A stretch of 64,000 bases of DNA from Candidatus Spechtbacteria bacterium (GTDB taxonomy: Bacteria > Patescibacteriota > Minisyncoccia > Spechtbacterales > JACPHP01). Below the pieces are notes generated by a model. That model saw only the letters and a program-made list of their open reading frames with translations, did not search any database and was not told the origin of the DNA. Position numbers and translations under genes: made by a program. Below, piece after piece: positions 31,601 through 40,408 of the stretch; position 1 is the stretch's first letter; every line of letters starts with the position of its first letter. The stretch spans positions 16,400-80,399 of the forward strand of contig JACPHP010000003.1 in NCBI GenBank assembly GCA_016188605.1, written 5' to 3'.

Positions 31601-32512
31601 CAATGTACCTTCGGCAAGGAATGAACCGAGAATAAAAGCAAGATCTTCATCAAGCGCTTTGGGCAACTTTTTTTTCTGAATGCGCGCGTTGATTTGTTTC
31701 GGCCAATATGGAACAAGTGAAATATTTTTCACAGGCCATAATACATCCGCCGTACGGTCTATCACGGCAATGTCACCCACGCGAATATCTTGCAAAAGTT
31801 TCCAGCTAAATTCTGGTATCCCAGTAAGAACATTTTTCGTCCACGTAAGAATAGGATGATTGTAGGAACCTCTAATTGACGTTCCTCTCTGTGTAGTAAT
31901 AGATAAAATGGGATGCTCTCCACTATCAAACCATTTTTTTACAGTATTTACTGTGTGGTCTTTAGAAAGGACTGAAATATCAACGGCTTCCCTTCCATCT
32001 GAAGAAACATCTTTAATGGGAATAAGGCCATTAGAAGTAACTACTAATGTGTCGCCTGTCACGCAATAACGCATAGCAGCCGCGCTATCGCCATCTATGG
32101 ACCCAAAGTTTCCTTGCCCATCAACCAGCGTGTAACGCATGCTAAAATCCTGCGCCAAGCGCACCATAGAGTCATACACCGCCATATCGCCGTGAGGATG
32201 ATACTTTCCCAGCACATCTCCAACCACCGCCGCTGATTTGCGATACCGCGCGCCCGAAGTCAAGCCCATTTCGTGCATGGTATATAAAATACGGCGATGC
32301 ACCGGCTTTAAACCATCGCGGACATCAGGCAAGGCGCGCGCCACGATAACGGACATGGCGTAATCCAAATACGACTCCTGAACTTCGTCAGTAATTTCTC
32401 TTTTTTGAATATTTCCAATTGGATTTTCTGGGTCAGGCATGATAAAAACTTGAATACTGAATTGTGAATGCTGAATTGTGAATGACTGACCGAAGCATGA
32501 TTCATGATTCAC
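28643..32512 (-). CDS. gyrA: DNA gyrase subunit A, interrupted by an intein
   Basis: [24 protein letters not shown] and GKYHPHGD motifs; AAMRY|C...HN|TEARMS splice junctions. Start is probably MPDPENP at 32440; the first 24 codons lie in repeat sequence. Confidence 0.9.
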   Translation of the reverse strand: MNHESCFGQSFTIQHSQFSIQVFIMPDPENPIGNIQKREITDEVQESYLDYAMSVIVARALPDVRDGLKPVHRRILYTMHEMGLTSGARYRKSAAVVGDVLGKYHPHGDMAVYDSMVRLAQDFSMRYTLVDGQGNFGSIDGDSAAAMRYCVTGDTLVVTSNGLIPIKDVSSDGREAVDISVLSKDHTVNTVKKWFDSGEHPILSITTQRGTSIRGSYNHPILTWTKNVLTGIPEFSWKLLQDIRVGDIAVIDRTADVLWPVKNISLVPYWPKQINARIQKKKLPKALDEDLAFILGSFLAEGTLKEKELEFCNTDDEWMAEFSERWRRVFPDCRLHAFERRPNSYGTKPYKTFEVHSQHVIAFLRNIGLVTAKSGARTIPHIIFRSSKAVASSFIRAYFEGDGTITFSATMTELSAISKSEQLLSQLQILLLRFGIAATKRFDKYRATHKLYLRGLSNYSVFAKEIGFISERKKSKLTVAIERLFKEQTASDTVPFLSDYVRANLSNSVLYNVREFALKHNFDRYTEMGRNYERVVTAVEHRVETSIVNLFSQLLDNHYLFDPIVKIEDGGIEKVYSIKVESDCHSFVANGFINHNTEARMSKIAVEMLRDIDKDTVDWMDNYDGTRKEPKVLPSAIPQLLLNGTMGIAVGMATNIPPHNLNEVVDALIHLINHPKATLEDIFQFIQGPDFPTGSTIYGKKAIMEAYGQGKGPILMRGEAQIFDENERDDVKGSYIEITELPYQVNKATLIETMANLVQDGRIEGIRDIRDESDQRGMSVIIELKRDAHPQKILNSLYKFTELQRTFHLNMLALVNGIEPRVLSLKEVLEHYLAHKHEVVRRRTEFDIARAKERAHILEGLKKALDHIDEVIKTIRASQDRADAHNNLKKKFDFTDIQAGAILDMRLQNLANLERKKIEEELKEKKRFIAEWTLLLDEPKRMWVKIKEELSDLKTLYGGTRKTKVHAAALGEFKEEDLIPKEETIITITKDGYIKRVQPTVYKQQHRGGKGILGIERKGEDLVEHFLSASTHDRILFFTSTGRVFQTLAYEIPRSTRIARGKALVNFLDLTANETVTAVIPLDRNPKEAKFLVMVTRGGIIKKTEIEDFQNVRRNGLIALHLKGNDILQWVAISTGKDDIMLVTKQGQSIRFKESDIRSMGRAAGGVHGLHVKQNDEIIGMGMIGASDKKQDILVIMENGYGKRTAIGSFKVQHRGGFGIKAANITAKTGALVSAQILKEEEDELIVVSERGNVIRVGLKNIPHLGRVTQGVRIMRLESGDKVASALVV
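30725..32065 (-). mobile_element. GyrA intein (447 aa) with LAGLIDADG homing-endonuclease domain
   Basis: Starts CVTGDTLVV and ends [12 protein letters not shown] before the Thr+1. LAGLIDADG-like motifs [10 protein letters not shown] and [11 protein letters not shown]. Inserted at the conserved Tyr-Thr site of the GyrA active-site region. Confidence 0.8.
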
Positions 32513-32531
32513 TATTCATGATTCATAGTTG
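32448..32531. repeat. Family-1 AT-rich hairpin repeat overlapping the gyrA 5' region
   Basis: gaatactgaattgtgaatgctgaattgtgaatgac...catgattcatgattcactattcatgattcat. Confidence 0.55.
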
Positions 32532-32730
32532 TCGGCTGCATCATCTTATCAATCTCGCTCTTTGCAGTGTCGTCTATATGAAATTGCGGCATTTTTGATA
32601 TATCAACATCACCTACCCTAGCCTTAATAGAACGCCCTAGTCCAAAAATTAGACCAAGCCCTACCATCGCCATTACAAAAAAGAATACGGCAATGCGTGT
32701 TGAGTATGTTGCGTTAAAGGGCCACATGCT

Positions 32731-32833
32731 GAATTTCAAAGTCCAAATGTCAAATTACAAATGAAATTCAAATTTCAAATGCCAATGCCCAAACTTTGGA
32801 CTTTAGATTTTGACATTCATTTGATATTTGTCC
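32731..32833. repeat. Family-4 hairpin repeat (caaagtccaaatgtcaaattacaaatgaaat...tttgacattcatttga), copy 1
   Basis: Long AT-rich dyad. Second copy at 33611-33742; the two flank the MBL hydrolase gene. Confidence 0.6.
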
Positions 32834-32918
32834 CGCTTTGTCATAGCTATCCTAGATCGTGGCGAAGCCACGACGGGATCTCGCGTAGCGATGATAATTT
32901 GAACTTTGGTATTTTAAT

Positions 32919-33554
32919 TTATATCTTCATCTCCACAATCTGCATTTTATCCTCCGATAAATCTTTTTTCTTGATTGTTAATTTATCTACAGCCTCACCT
33001 TCATGTCCTAGATCCTTCAAAAACTGCGAGGCATCATTGATAAGCGATTTAGAGCCGGCAATTTTGTAGTGCATGGGAGTAACCAACTTTGGCTCCACTT
33101 GGTGCACGATTCCCGCCGCCATCTCACCATCAATGGTATTCACACCGCCAACTGGAATCATTAAAATATCAACCTCGCCAAGTTGTTCTATCTGTTCGTC
33201 TGTCAACTTTTTTTGCCCCAAGTCACCGAGATGCGCTATGCGCAGATCTTCCACTTCAAAACTATACATTGTATTTAATCCTTTTTCCGCGCCCTGCTTA
33301 TCATCGTGGAAAGAATTGATCCCAAAAATCTTTACACCTTTCACTTCGTATTCGCCCGGACCATCCACCAGAAAATATTTGCCGCCGATTGTAGATACAT
33401 TGTTATGGTCTGGATGATCATGAGTAACCATGACAATATCGGCCTCACCCCTAGGCGGCTGCAAACCTATGGATTTATCAAAAGGATCGACAAAAATAGT
33501 GACTTTGCCGCTTTGCAAACGAAAACACGCTTGACCGTACCAGTTGATTACCAT
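32919..33554 (-). CDS. MBL-fold metallo-hydrolase
   Basis: 211 aa. HDHPDH motif plus downstream His/Asp ligands. Confidence 0.7.
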   Translation of the reverse strand: MVINWYGQACFRLQSGKVTIFVDPFDKSIGLQPPRGEADIVMVTHDHPDHNNVSTIGGKYFLVDGPGEYEVKGVKIFGINSFHDDKQGAEKGLNTMYSFEVEDLRIAHLGDLGQKKLTDEQIEQLGEVDILMIPVGGVNTIDGEMAAGIVHQVEPKLVTPMHYKIAGSKSLINDASQFLKDLGHEGEAVDKLTIKKKDLSEDKMQIVEMKI

Positions 33555-33610
33555 GACTGCATGATAACAAAATATTACTTGTAACTCAAGCTACAAATGC
33601 TTGTGCCCAA

Positions 33611-33742
33611 AAATTTCAAAGTCCAAATGTCAAATTACAAATGAAATCCAAATATCAAATGCCCAAATGCCAAACCTTTTGACTTTGGGCTTTGGGCTTT
33701 GACATTCATTTGACATTTGTAATTTGGACTTTGACATTCTGC
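33611..33742. repeat. Family-4 hairpin repeat, copy 2
   Basis: About 90% identical to 32731-32833 over the shared core. Confidence 0.6.
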
Positions 33743-33804
33743 TTTCCCCTCCTTCATAACCAACCTCTTGCAAAAGAAGCCAACCCGCTGTATATTCAAA
33801 TAAT

Positions 33805-34896
33805 ATGAATACAGCAGTACAAACTCAACAAAAAAATGTAGTAAAGGAGGCCTTGCGGCAAGACAAGTCGCTTTTTCAATTGCCTAAAGAAGGCGACTTG
33901 GTTGAAGGCAATATTATCGGCCGCGAGTCTGGCGCTTTATATATTGACCTCGGGGCTCATGGCACGGGCGTCATATTTGGTAAAGAGTATTATCAAGCTC
34001 AAGACCTTCTAAAGAAAGTAAAAGTGGGAGAAAAGATATCAGCTAAAATTGTTTTGCTGGAAAACGAGGATGGCTATCGCGAGCTCTCTCTAAAGGAAGC
34101 TGGCGAGGAGATGTCGTGGAATGTATTGAAGCAAAAACAGCAAACCGGCGAGCTTATTGACGTCAGAATCACTGATGCCAACCGCGGCGGTCTTATGACA
34201 GAAGTAGAGGGCATGGTTGGCTTTTTGCCAGTTTCCCAGCTCACCCCGGCTCACTACCCAAGAGTAGAGGGCGGCGACAAGGAGAAAATCCTTGAAGAGC
34301 TCAAAAAATTCATTGGTCAGATCTTCCACGTGCGCGTACTAGATTCAATCGCCAAGGAAAACAAGCTTATCGTGTCGGAAAAGGCAGCGGAAAACGACGC
34401 GATTCAAGTGTCCCTCGCCAAATACAAGGTTGGCGACGTGGTGGAAGGCACAATCACGGGCGTGGTTGATTTCGGCGCATTTATTAAATTCGATCCATTA
34501 ATAGAAGGTCTTATTCACATTTCCGAGCTGGACTGGCAATTAATTGAAAATCCTCGAGACGTGGTGTCAGTCGGAGATAAAGTACAGGCAAAAATCGTTG
34601 ATATTTCAGCCGAAGGCCGCGTATCTCTATCCCTTAAAGCCCTTAAGCAAGACCCGTGGACAGGTATGGAAAGCCGCTTTAAGAAGGGTGACAATGTCAG
34701 CGGAGAGATTAAGCGAGTTCATAGCTACGGCGCGCTCGTACGCCTAGATGAAAATATCCAAGGACTCCTGCATGTATCTGAATTCGGCGACGAAGAAGCC
34801 ATGCGCAAGGCAATTCACGAGGGAGAAACGCGTGACTTTGAAGTGCTATCCATAGATTCCAAAGAGCATCGCATAGCGCTGAAGCTAAAAGCCTAA
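33805..34896 (+). CDS. rpsA: 30S ribosomal protein S1-like (four S1 domains)
   Basis: 363 aa with four repeats of the S1 fold pattern (G.I..I...GAFV.L..GL.HISE). Confidence 0.7.
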   Translation: MNTAVQTQQKNVVKEALRQDKSLFQLPKEGDLVEGNIIGRESGALYIDLGAHGTGVIFGKEYYQAQDLLKKVKVGEKISAKIVLLENEDGYRELSLKEAGEEMSWNVLKQKQQTGELIDVRITDANRGGLMTEVEGMVGFLPVSQLTPAHYPRVEGGDKEKILEELKKFIGQIFHVRVLDSIAKENKLIVSEKAAENDAIQVSLAKYKVGDVVEGTITGVVDFGAFIKFDPLIEGLIHISELDWQLIENPRDVVSVGDKVQAKIVDISAEGRVSLSLKALKQDPWTGMESRFKKGDNVSGEIKRVHSYGALVRLDENIQGLLHVSEFGDEEAMRKAIHEGETRDFEVLSIDSKEHRIALKLKA

Positions 34897-34909
34897 CATT
34901 TGATAGTTT

Positions 34910-34957
34910 TAACAAGAAGAGAGGTTTCGCCGCGGCGAAACCTCTCTTCTTGTTAAT
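34910..34957 (+). terminator. Long perfect hairpin aacaagaagagaggtttcgccgcggcgaaacctctcttcttgtt
   Basis: 22-bp perfect stem directly after the S1 gene. Confidence 0.5.
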
Positions 34958-34970
34958 TACCCTAAAAACC

Positions 34971-35080
34971 CTTGACCCCGTTAAAGATACCTGCGGTAAA
35001 TGGTTCAAAGATATTAGTTTTAATAACCCACATGCAATATTTAATTTATTTAAAGGCATAAATCTCTAACGGGGCTTGAC
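34971..35080. repeat. MITE-like element (copy 2; one degenerate arm)
   Basis: cttgaccccgttaaagata ... cataaatctctaacggggcttgac. Outward-facing TTGACA-like hexamer in the right arm. Confidence 0.5.
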
Positions 35081-35171
35081 AAGATTTTCGATATGGTGTA
35101 ACCTGCAAAAACAGTAAAAATCTGGCACTCGGCCAGAAAAAGTTTTTTCAAAAGGAGGAAGGAGGGTCGGT

Positions 35172-35975
35172 TTGGCTGGCGATAAGAAAGGACCTCGTCG
35201 TCGCGATTTCAGCGACGACGAGGAAGAGGGTGGAGAAGATCGTACGGCGGAGCGGGCGCTCCGCGATGGACGGAAAAGCCGTGGCCAGCGTAGCAACGGC
35301 AATAGTCGCGACCAAGGTCGCGAGGAAGAAAGGTTCAAAATGACAAGTCCGGCGACAACGGCGGATCAGCTCGAGGCCCTCAAGGCCAACGGCATCGGCG
35401 GCAACGCCCACACCGACGAGGTAGTGGACTGTCCGCGATGCGGCAGCGGCAAGAAGGATGCGTCCTTCTTGCAATGTTACCGCTGCCACGTTGAATACCT
35501 TTCGGCACGGTCAGCGAACGTGGCGGCCAACGCCTCGGCAATCGAGGCGTTGATGTTCGGCGGGAAGGCCTTCATGGCCTACCCCGAAGCCGAGGCGGAG
35601 GCGCGAAAGACCAACCTGTTCCCGGCCACGGAAGAGGCTTGGGTCCGCAGTCAGATCGATATGGCTGCGATCCGTGCCGACCTCGCCACGGCGCAGGATG
35701 CCCACGCCGCGACCCGCGCTCTGGTGGACGCGGAGGTCCAGCGCCTGACTGGCGGAAAACGGGTCCCGGACAAGGACCTGTTCCAGCGGATCGTCACCCG
35801 GGCGCGCAACAGCGTGCCCGGGAGCCAGACCAACTATGAGGCGATGAGGCAACAGGAGCGTCGCTTCGTCGCAGCCATGGCCTTCATCACCGCCGCCCCG
35901 TCGGTCGACGCCGTGACGGAGGCAACCGCCACCGCGCCGGCCGACCCGACCGCCGAGGACACCACCCCGGCCTAG
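35172..35975 (+). CDS. High-GC hypothetical protein with CxxC...CxxC zinc ribbon and R/E-rich N-terminus
   Basis: 267 aa. TTG start preceded by AAAGGAGGAAGGAGG. CPRCGSGKK...CYRCH. About 65% GC against about 42% in flanks. Confidence 0.55.
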   Translation: MAGDKKGPRRRDFSDDEEEGGEDRTAERALRDGRKSRGQRSNGNSRDQGREEERFKMTSPATTADQLEALKANGIGGNAHTDEVVDCPRCGSGKKDASFLQCYRCHVEYLSARSANVAANASAIEALMFGGKAFMAYPEAEAEARKTNLFPATEEAWVRSQIDMAAIRADLATAQDAHAATRALVDAEVQRLTGGKRVPDKDLFQRIVTRARNSVPGSQTNYEAMRQQERRFVAAMAFITAAPSVDAVTEATATAPADPTAEDTTPA

Positions 35976-36007
35976 ACCTTCCGCCCTAGCCCAAGGCGGG
36001 CGGAAGG

Positions 36008-36045
36008 AAAGGGCCTTCTGACACCAAGTCAGAAGGCCCTTTTTC
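36008..36045 (+). terminator. Rho-independent terminator gaaagggccttctgaca...tcagaaggccctttttc
   Basis: Perfect 14-bp stem plus T-run. Confidence 0.7.
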
Positions 36046-36094
36046 ATTTCAAAAATTAATGATATAATCTAGACAGGCTTTTAGTTGTCATCTC

Positions 36095-36150
36095 GAAGTC
36101 CCGCAGTGGCAGGACGAGAGATCTCTCGCGCTACGCTCGAGATGACAAAC
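36095..36150. repeat. Family-3 inverted-repeat element (tgtcatctcga ... cgagagatctctcg ... tcgagatgaca)
   Basis: Terminal 11-bp inverted repeats flank a central 14-bp perfect palindrome containing AGATCT. Confidence 0.6.
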
Positions 36151-36190
36151 TTTTTCTATACCTTAAACTAAAATTATAAATTTAACCCTC

Positions 36191-38011
36191 ATGTCTTCTC
36201 TCTTAAAAAATATCATCCTGGTCATCATCGTCTTTCTGTTTATTACAGGAATTTTTACGCTTTGGTACTCACCTCTTCAGAAAACAAAAGATATCACGCT
36301 TAGCAATCTCGTCACTGAAATAAATGAAGGCAAGGTGCAGTCAATCACTGTTAATGGCAATGAACTTTCAATTACGCTAAAGGACAGTACCAAAGAAAAA
36401 TCACAGAAAGAAACCGATGCGTCACTCACCCAGTCGTTAATCAATTATGGCGTATCAAGCGACAATCTGCGCGGCGTAGACATCCAATATCAAAATGAAT
36501 CCGGCTGGGCTTATTGGCTCGGTATTCTCATTCCATTCGTCCTTCCATTCTTTATCGTCGGATTCTTCTTATGGTACATGATGCGCCAGGCACAGCGCGG
36601 CTCTAACCAAGCCATGATGTTTGGGAAAACCAGCGCCCGCATGTTCGGCCCGCAAGGCAAAAAACAAAACGTTACTTTCAAAGATGTCGCCGACATGACA
36701 GAAGCCAAAGACGAGCTTAAAGAAGTTGTGGAATTCCTGCGCTTGCCACAGAAATTCTTGAAAATGGGCGCGCGCATTCCGAGGGGCGTGTTGCTTGTTG
36801 GCCCTCCGGGAACAGGCAAAACCTTGCTTGCCCGCGCAATCTCTGGCGAGGCTGGCGTTCCCTTCTTTGCTACATCAGGTTCTGAATTCGTAGAAATGTT
36901 TGTCGGCGTTGGCGCTTCGCGCGTGCGCGATCTTTTCCAAAGCGCGCAAAAAGCAGCGCCGGCGATTGTGTTCATTGATGAGATTGACGCGGTTGGCCGC
37001 TTGCGCGGAGCCGGCATGGGCGGCGGAAACGATGAACGAGAGCAAACTCTAAACCAGATACTTTCTGAAATGGACGGTTTTGAGCGCGACACTAATGTTA
37101 TTGTTATTGCCGCGACAAACCGCGCTGACGTGCTTGACCCGGCGCTGCTGCGCCCAGGCCGCTTTGACCGCCATGTATTCGTGAGTAATCCCGACCTCGC
37201 CGCGCGCCAACAGATTCTTATAATTCACGGCAAAGAAAAACCGCTTGCCAAAGATGTGGATTTAAACATTGTCGCCCAGCGCACGCCAGGATTTTCCGGA
37301 GCCGATCTTGCAAACTTGATGAATGAAGCGGCAATACTTGCGGCGCAAAAAAATCAAAAAACAATTTTACAAATAGATATTCTAAATTCCATAGAAAAAG
37401 TTATGCTTGGCCCGGAAAAGAAAAGCCAAGTTTACTCAAAGCTAGAAAAAGAAATTGCCGCGTACCATGAAGCCGGCCACGCGCTTGTTTCAGCTTCGCT
37501 TCCCGAAGCAGACCCGGTGCATAAAATTTCTATTATCCCGCGCGGCCCTGCCGGCGGATACACGCTTAAACTTCCCATTGAAGACAGACATTTCTACGGC
37601 AGAAAACATTTTGTAGCGGAATTAGCGGTAATGCTCGGCGGCTATTCAGCGGAAATATTTCACTTCAACGAAATTACTACAGGCGCCTCCGATGACCTTA
37701 AAAAAGCTTCAGAGCTTGCGCGAAGCATGGTTACCAAATACGGCATGAGTAAAAAGTTCGGCCCGCAAGTATTCCAAGAAAAAGACGAAACTATATTCCT
37801 CGGAAGAGAATTTGCCGCGCAAAACAACGTGTCACAGGACATTGCGATGAAGATTGACGAGGAAGTCGCCACGTTTATCAGAGCGGCCTTAAAGACAGCA
37901 CAAAATATTATTAAGAAACGAAGCGCGACGCTTGATAAAATAGCACAAACACTTATCACCCAAGAGACGATTGAGAAACAGGAGTTTGCGGAGTTGGTGG
38001 CGGGAGCGTAG
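36191..38011 (+). CDS. ftsH: ATP-dependent zinc metalloprotease FtsH
   Basis: [11 protein letters not shown] (second region of homology) and HEAGHA motifs; N-terminal TM pair. Confidence 0.9.
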   Translation: MSSLLKNIILVIIVFLFITGIFTLWYSPLQKTKDITLSNLVTEINEGKVQSITVNGNELSITLKDSTKEKSQKETDASLTQSLINYGVSSDNLRGVDIQYQNESGWAYWLGILIPFVLPFFIVGFFLWYMMRQAQRGSNQAMMFGKTSARMFGPQGKKQNVTFKDVADMTEAKDELKEVVEFLRLPQKFLKMGARIPRGVLLVGPPGTGKTLLARAISGEAGVPFFATSGSEFVEMFVGVGASRVRDLFQSAQKAAPAIVFIDEIDAVGRLRGAGMGGGNDEREQTLNQILSEMDGFERDTNVIVIAATNRADVLDPALLRPGRFDRHVFVSNPDLAARQQILIIHGKEKPLAKDVDLNIVAQRTPGFSGADLANLMNEAAILAAQKNQKTILQIDILNSIEKVMLGPEKKSQVYSKLEKEIAAYHEAGHALVSASLPEADPVHKISIIPRGPAGGYTLKLPIEDRHFYGRKHFVAELAVMLGGYSAEIFHFNEITTGASDDLKKASELARSMVTKYGMSKKFGPQVFQEKDETIFLGREFAAQNNVSQDIAMKIDEEVATFIRAALKTAQNIIKKRSATLDKIAQTLITQETIEKQEFAELVAGA

Positions 38012-38183
38012 GATTTAATCCCTAATATCGTCATTGTGATCCGCCGCCCTGGGCGGAGTGGCCCGCCAGCAACGCCTTAAGCGTAGCTTTGGCGGGCTGG
38101 CAATCCCGTCGGTAATAGGTTTACGATTTAGGATTTATGATATACTATAACTGCGTGCAATTGCACGCAGTTATAGTATAATT

Positions 38184-38257
38184 CCGCCCTTAGCTCAACT
38201 GGTTAGAGCATCGAGCTTATACCTCGACGGTTCCTGGTTCGAGTCCAGGAGGGCGGA
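38184..38257 (+). tRNA. tRNA-Ile(UAU) (anticodon read as TAT)
   Basis: Acceptor ccgccct/agggcgg, D-arm gctc-aactggtta-gagc, anticodon stem tcgag/ctcga with loop ctTATac, T-arm cctgg-ttcgagt-ccagg. Confidence 0.6.
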
Positions 38258-38301
38258 CAGGGACTAAAACCCCAAAGTAGAGTTTATGTTTTCAATATGC
38301 C

Positions 38302-38338
38302 TTGGCGGTTTCCTGGTTCGAGTCCAGGCGCGCCCACA
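38302..38338 (+). pseudogene. tRNA 3'-half fragment (T-arm plus acceptor; duplicate of the tRNA-Ile T-arm)
   Basis: ggtttcctggttcgagtccagg-cgcgccc-a with no matching 5' half nearby. Confidence 0.5.
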
Positions 38339-38439
38339 GCAAGGATATTTAGCAAAGTACTTATAAGGTAGGCCTTGCGGAAAAACCGCAAGGCACGCTA
38401 TATTTTGTACTTGCTCGTTCCTCGCAAACAAAATATGCG

Positions 38440-38490
38440 GGCGTTTAGCTCAGTGGTAGAGGTTGAAAGCAAACTGCTTTGCTTTCAACG
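38440..38490 (+). other. 5' part of a split tRNA-like gene (acceptor plus D-arm) followed by a conserved CUGC-capped hairpin
   Basis: gggcgtt-t-a-gctc-agtggta-gagg, then gttgaaagcaaa-CTGC-tttgctttcaac. The 7-nt acceptor strand is exactly complementary to the 3' fragment at 38734-38740. Confidence 0.5.
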
Positions 38491-38618
38491 GAAAGTTTAG
38501 GTTTGGCATCCCCGCCGCAGCGGGGCGGCAAACCGTTTAAACTTTCCAGTGCACCTTTATTGCTTACACCGAGCGCAGCGTAGCGAAGTGAGGATAATTA
38601 GCAAGATAATTCAAGTAA

Positions 38619-38690
38619 GGACGGTTAGCTCAGTGGTAGAGCGTCTCGTTTACACCGAGAAGGTCGCAGGCTCAATCCCTGCACCGTCCA
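38619..38690 (+). tRNA. tRNA-Val(UAC)
   Basis: ggacggt-ta-gctc-agtggta-gagc-g-tctcg-ttTACac-cgaga-aggtc-gcagg-ctcaatc-cctgc-accgtcc-a. Confidence 0.8.
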
Positions 38691-38711
38691 CATTAAAAAA
38701 TCTAACGGGGC

Positions 38712-38743
38712 CGGAGGCTCAATCCCTCCAACGCCCACCATTC
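38712..38743 (+). other. 3' part of the split tRNA-like gene (T-arm plus acceptor plus CCA)
   Basis: ggagg-ctcaatc-cctcc-aacgccc-a-cca. The acceptor pairs with gggcgtt at 38440-38446. Confidence 0.5.
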
Positions 38744-38952
38744 TTCGCGCAGCGGAGAATGCCCTTCGTAGCTTTCCCGACCTTCGTAGCCAAAGCTACT
38801 TCGGCGGAGCAGGCAACGAAGAAGGGCATAGACAAATCTACGTATTCTGCCTTTGGCATTAGCTGCGCTACAAATGGCACAGCCTAAAAATTATTACACT
38901 TTATCCCCTAGCTAAATATTAGGGGCTACGCGGTACAAGCACAAGTATTAGA

Positions 38953-39717
38953 TTGACGCGTCCAGTATATTGGCGCGTTTGTTTTATGAATCCCCTACAA
39001 ATACTTTATCAAGATAAAGATATTATCGTCGTCAATAAACCTGCTGGTCTTGCGGTGCATAAAAAATCGCCGAGCGACCCCCAAGAAACGCTCGTTGATA
39101 TTTTGCTAAAACAATTTCCCGAAATTGCCGATGTTGGCGTTGATTCTCTTCATGCGGGGTATCGGATACCCCGCATGTCGGTACGCCCTGGAATTGTGCA
39201 TCGCTTAGACAAATACACTTCCGGCGTAATGGTAGTAGCACACAACCAAGAAACATTTGAATGGCTAACCAAGCAATTCAAGGACCGCCTGATTGAAAAG
39301 CAATACTTTGCGCTTGTAGTAGGCAACCCTAAACAGGACCGCGGCACTATTGAGCTTCCTATCGGCTCTCTGGGTGTTAAAAAAACCACCAGGCACATGC
39401 GAGGCGGCAAGGCGCGAAAATGGCGCGAAGCTCGCACCGACTGGCAGGTATCTAAGCGCTATGAAGGATTTACTCTGCTCTCAGTAACTCCTAAGACCGG
39501 CCGCACTCATCAAATCCGCGTCCATCTATCATCCATAGGGCTACCAATTGCCTGCGACTTTTTTTACGGAGGCAAAAATATCCTATGCCCTGCCGGTCTT
39601 TCCCGCTTCTTCCTACACGCCTCCCGCCTGCGCTTTTCCCTGCCCGGAAACCGCAAAATGGAATTTTCAGCCGACATACCGCCAGAACTGCAAGAAGCCA
39701 TTGAAAAAATCTCTTAA
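38953..39717 (+). CDS. RluA family pseudouridine synthase
   Basis: HRLDKYTSGVMVVA catalytic-Asp motif. Start probably the ATG at 38983. Confidence 0.75.
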   Translation: MTRPVYWRVCFMNPLQILYQDKDIIVVNKPAGLAVHKKSPSDPQETLVDILLKQFPEIADVGVDSLHAGYRIPRMSVRPGIVHRLDKYTSGVMVVAHNQETFEWLTKQFKDRLIEKQYFALVVGNPKQDRGTIELPIGSLGVKKTTRHMRGGKARKWREARTDWQVSKRYEGFTLLSVTPKTGRTHQIRVHLSSIGLPIACDFFYGGKNILCPAGLSRFFLHASRLRFSLPGNRKMEFSADIPPELQEAIEKIS

Positions 39718-39841
39718 ATATGCTTAAATACAATGGTATTAAATAAGATAGTAGTAAGTAGTTGTGGTAGTGAGTAGATTTACCCCCGCGGTTGTGGGAC
39801 GACAAGTCTACCAACTACTCACTACTAATTACTAACCAACC

Positions 39842-40333
39842 ATGAACAAAGTACAAGAATATCTAAAACCATACATGCGCGCCCAGGTTCCGCCAATGCG
39901 ATCTGGTGATGTTGTGCGTGTGCACGAGCGTATCGTAGAAGGAGGTAAAGAGCGTATCCAGGTATTTGAAGGACTAATTATCGCCCGTAAACACGGCAAC
40001 GGCATCACCGGCACATTTACCGTCCGCAAAATCGCGCGCGGCAATATTGGCGTGGAGCGTACTTTTCCAATACATTCTCCTCGTATTGAAAAAATTGAAA
40101 TCGTACGGCACGAAACCGTCCGCCGTTCAAAACTGTATTATGTACGAGACCTTATCGGCAAGAAAGTGAAGCGCCGAAAAGCAACTCCAATTGAGCAGAT
40201 GTTTGCCATGGAAGCGACGAAAGAAGAAGTGGCGGAGCCAGAGGAAGTAGCGGCAGAAGTTGAAGAAAATGTAGAAATACCAGAAGTAAAAGCCCAAGAA
40301 AAAGCAGGTGATGCTTCTACAAATATAGAATAA
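39842..40333 (+). CDS. rplS: 50S ribosomal protein L19 with acidic C-terminal extension
   Basis: [13 protein letters not shown]...[12 protein letters not shown] pattern typical of L19. Confidence 0.8.
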   Translation: MNKVQEYLKPYMRAQVPPMRSGDVVRVHERIVEGGKERIQVFEGLIIARKHGNGITGTFTVRKIARGNIGVERTFPIHSPRIEKIEIVRHETVRRSKLYYVRDLIGKKVKRRKATPIEQMFAMEATKEEVAEPEEVAAEVEENVEIPEVKAQEKAGDASTNIE

Positions 40334-40408
40334 GCCTGATAAATTCTAGTTTAAAAGTTTTTTGTAAATTTGTGCTATAATATTGGTATACGCTTTTAGT
40401 TTGAGATT

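Noticed and set aside
32512-32739. 75-aa ORF (MKFSMWPFNATY...) upstream of gyrA
   Set aside because: Its start overlaps a family-1 repeat and there is no RBS. Only a single TM-like segment is present. Too weak to call, though a small membrane protein cannot be excluded.
35148-36047. Minus-strand ORFs of 113-178 aa across the high-GC island
   Set aside because: Long antisense open frames are expected by chance at about 65% GC (few stop codons). The plus-strand ORF has the RBS, the Zn-ribbon and the terminator.
38440-38743. tmRNA (ssrA) hypothesis for the split tRNA-like gene and for elements A, B and D
   Set aside because: There is no G3:U70 Ala identity pair, and a full D-stem is present. 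The elements are 120-185 nt, far shorter than tmRNA. No tag reading frame ending in a stop was evident. An intact tRNA-Val sits inside the candidate.
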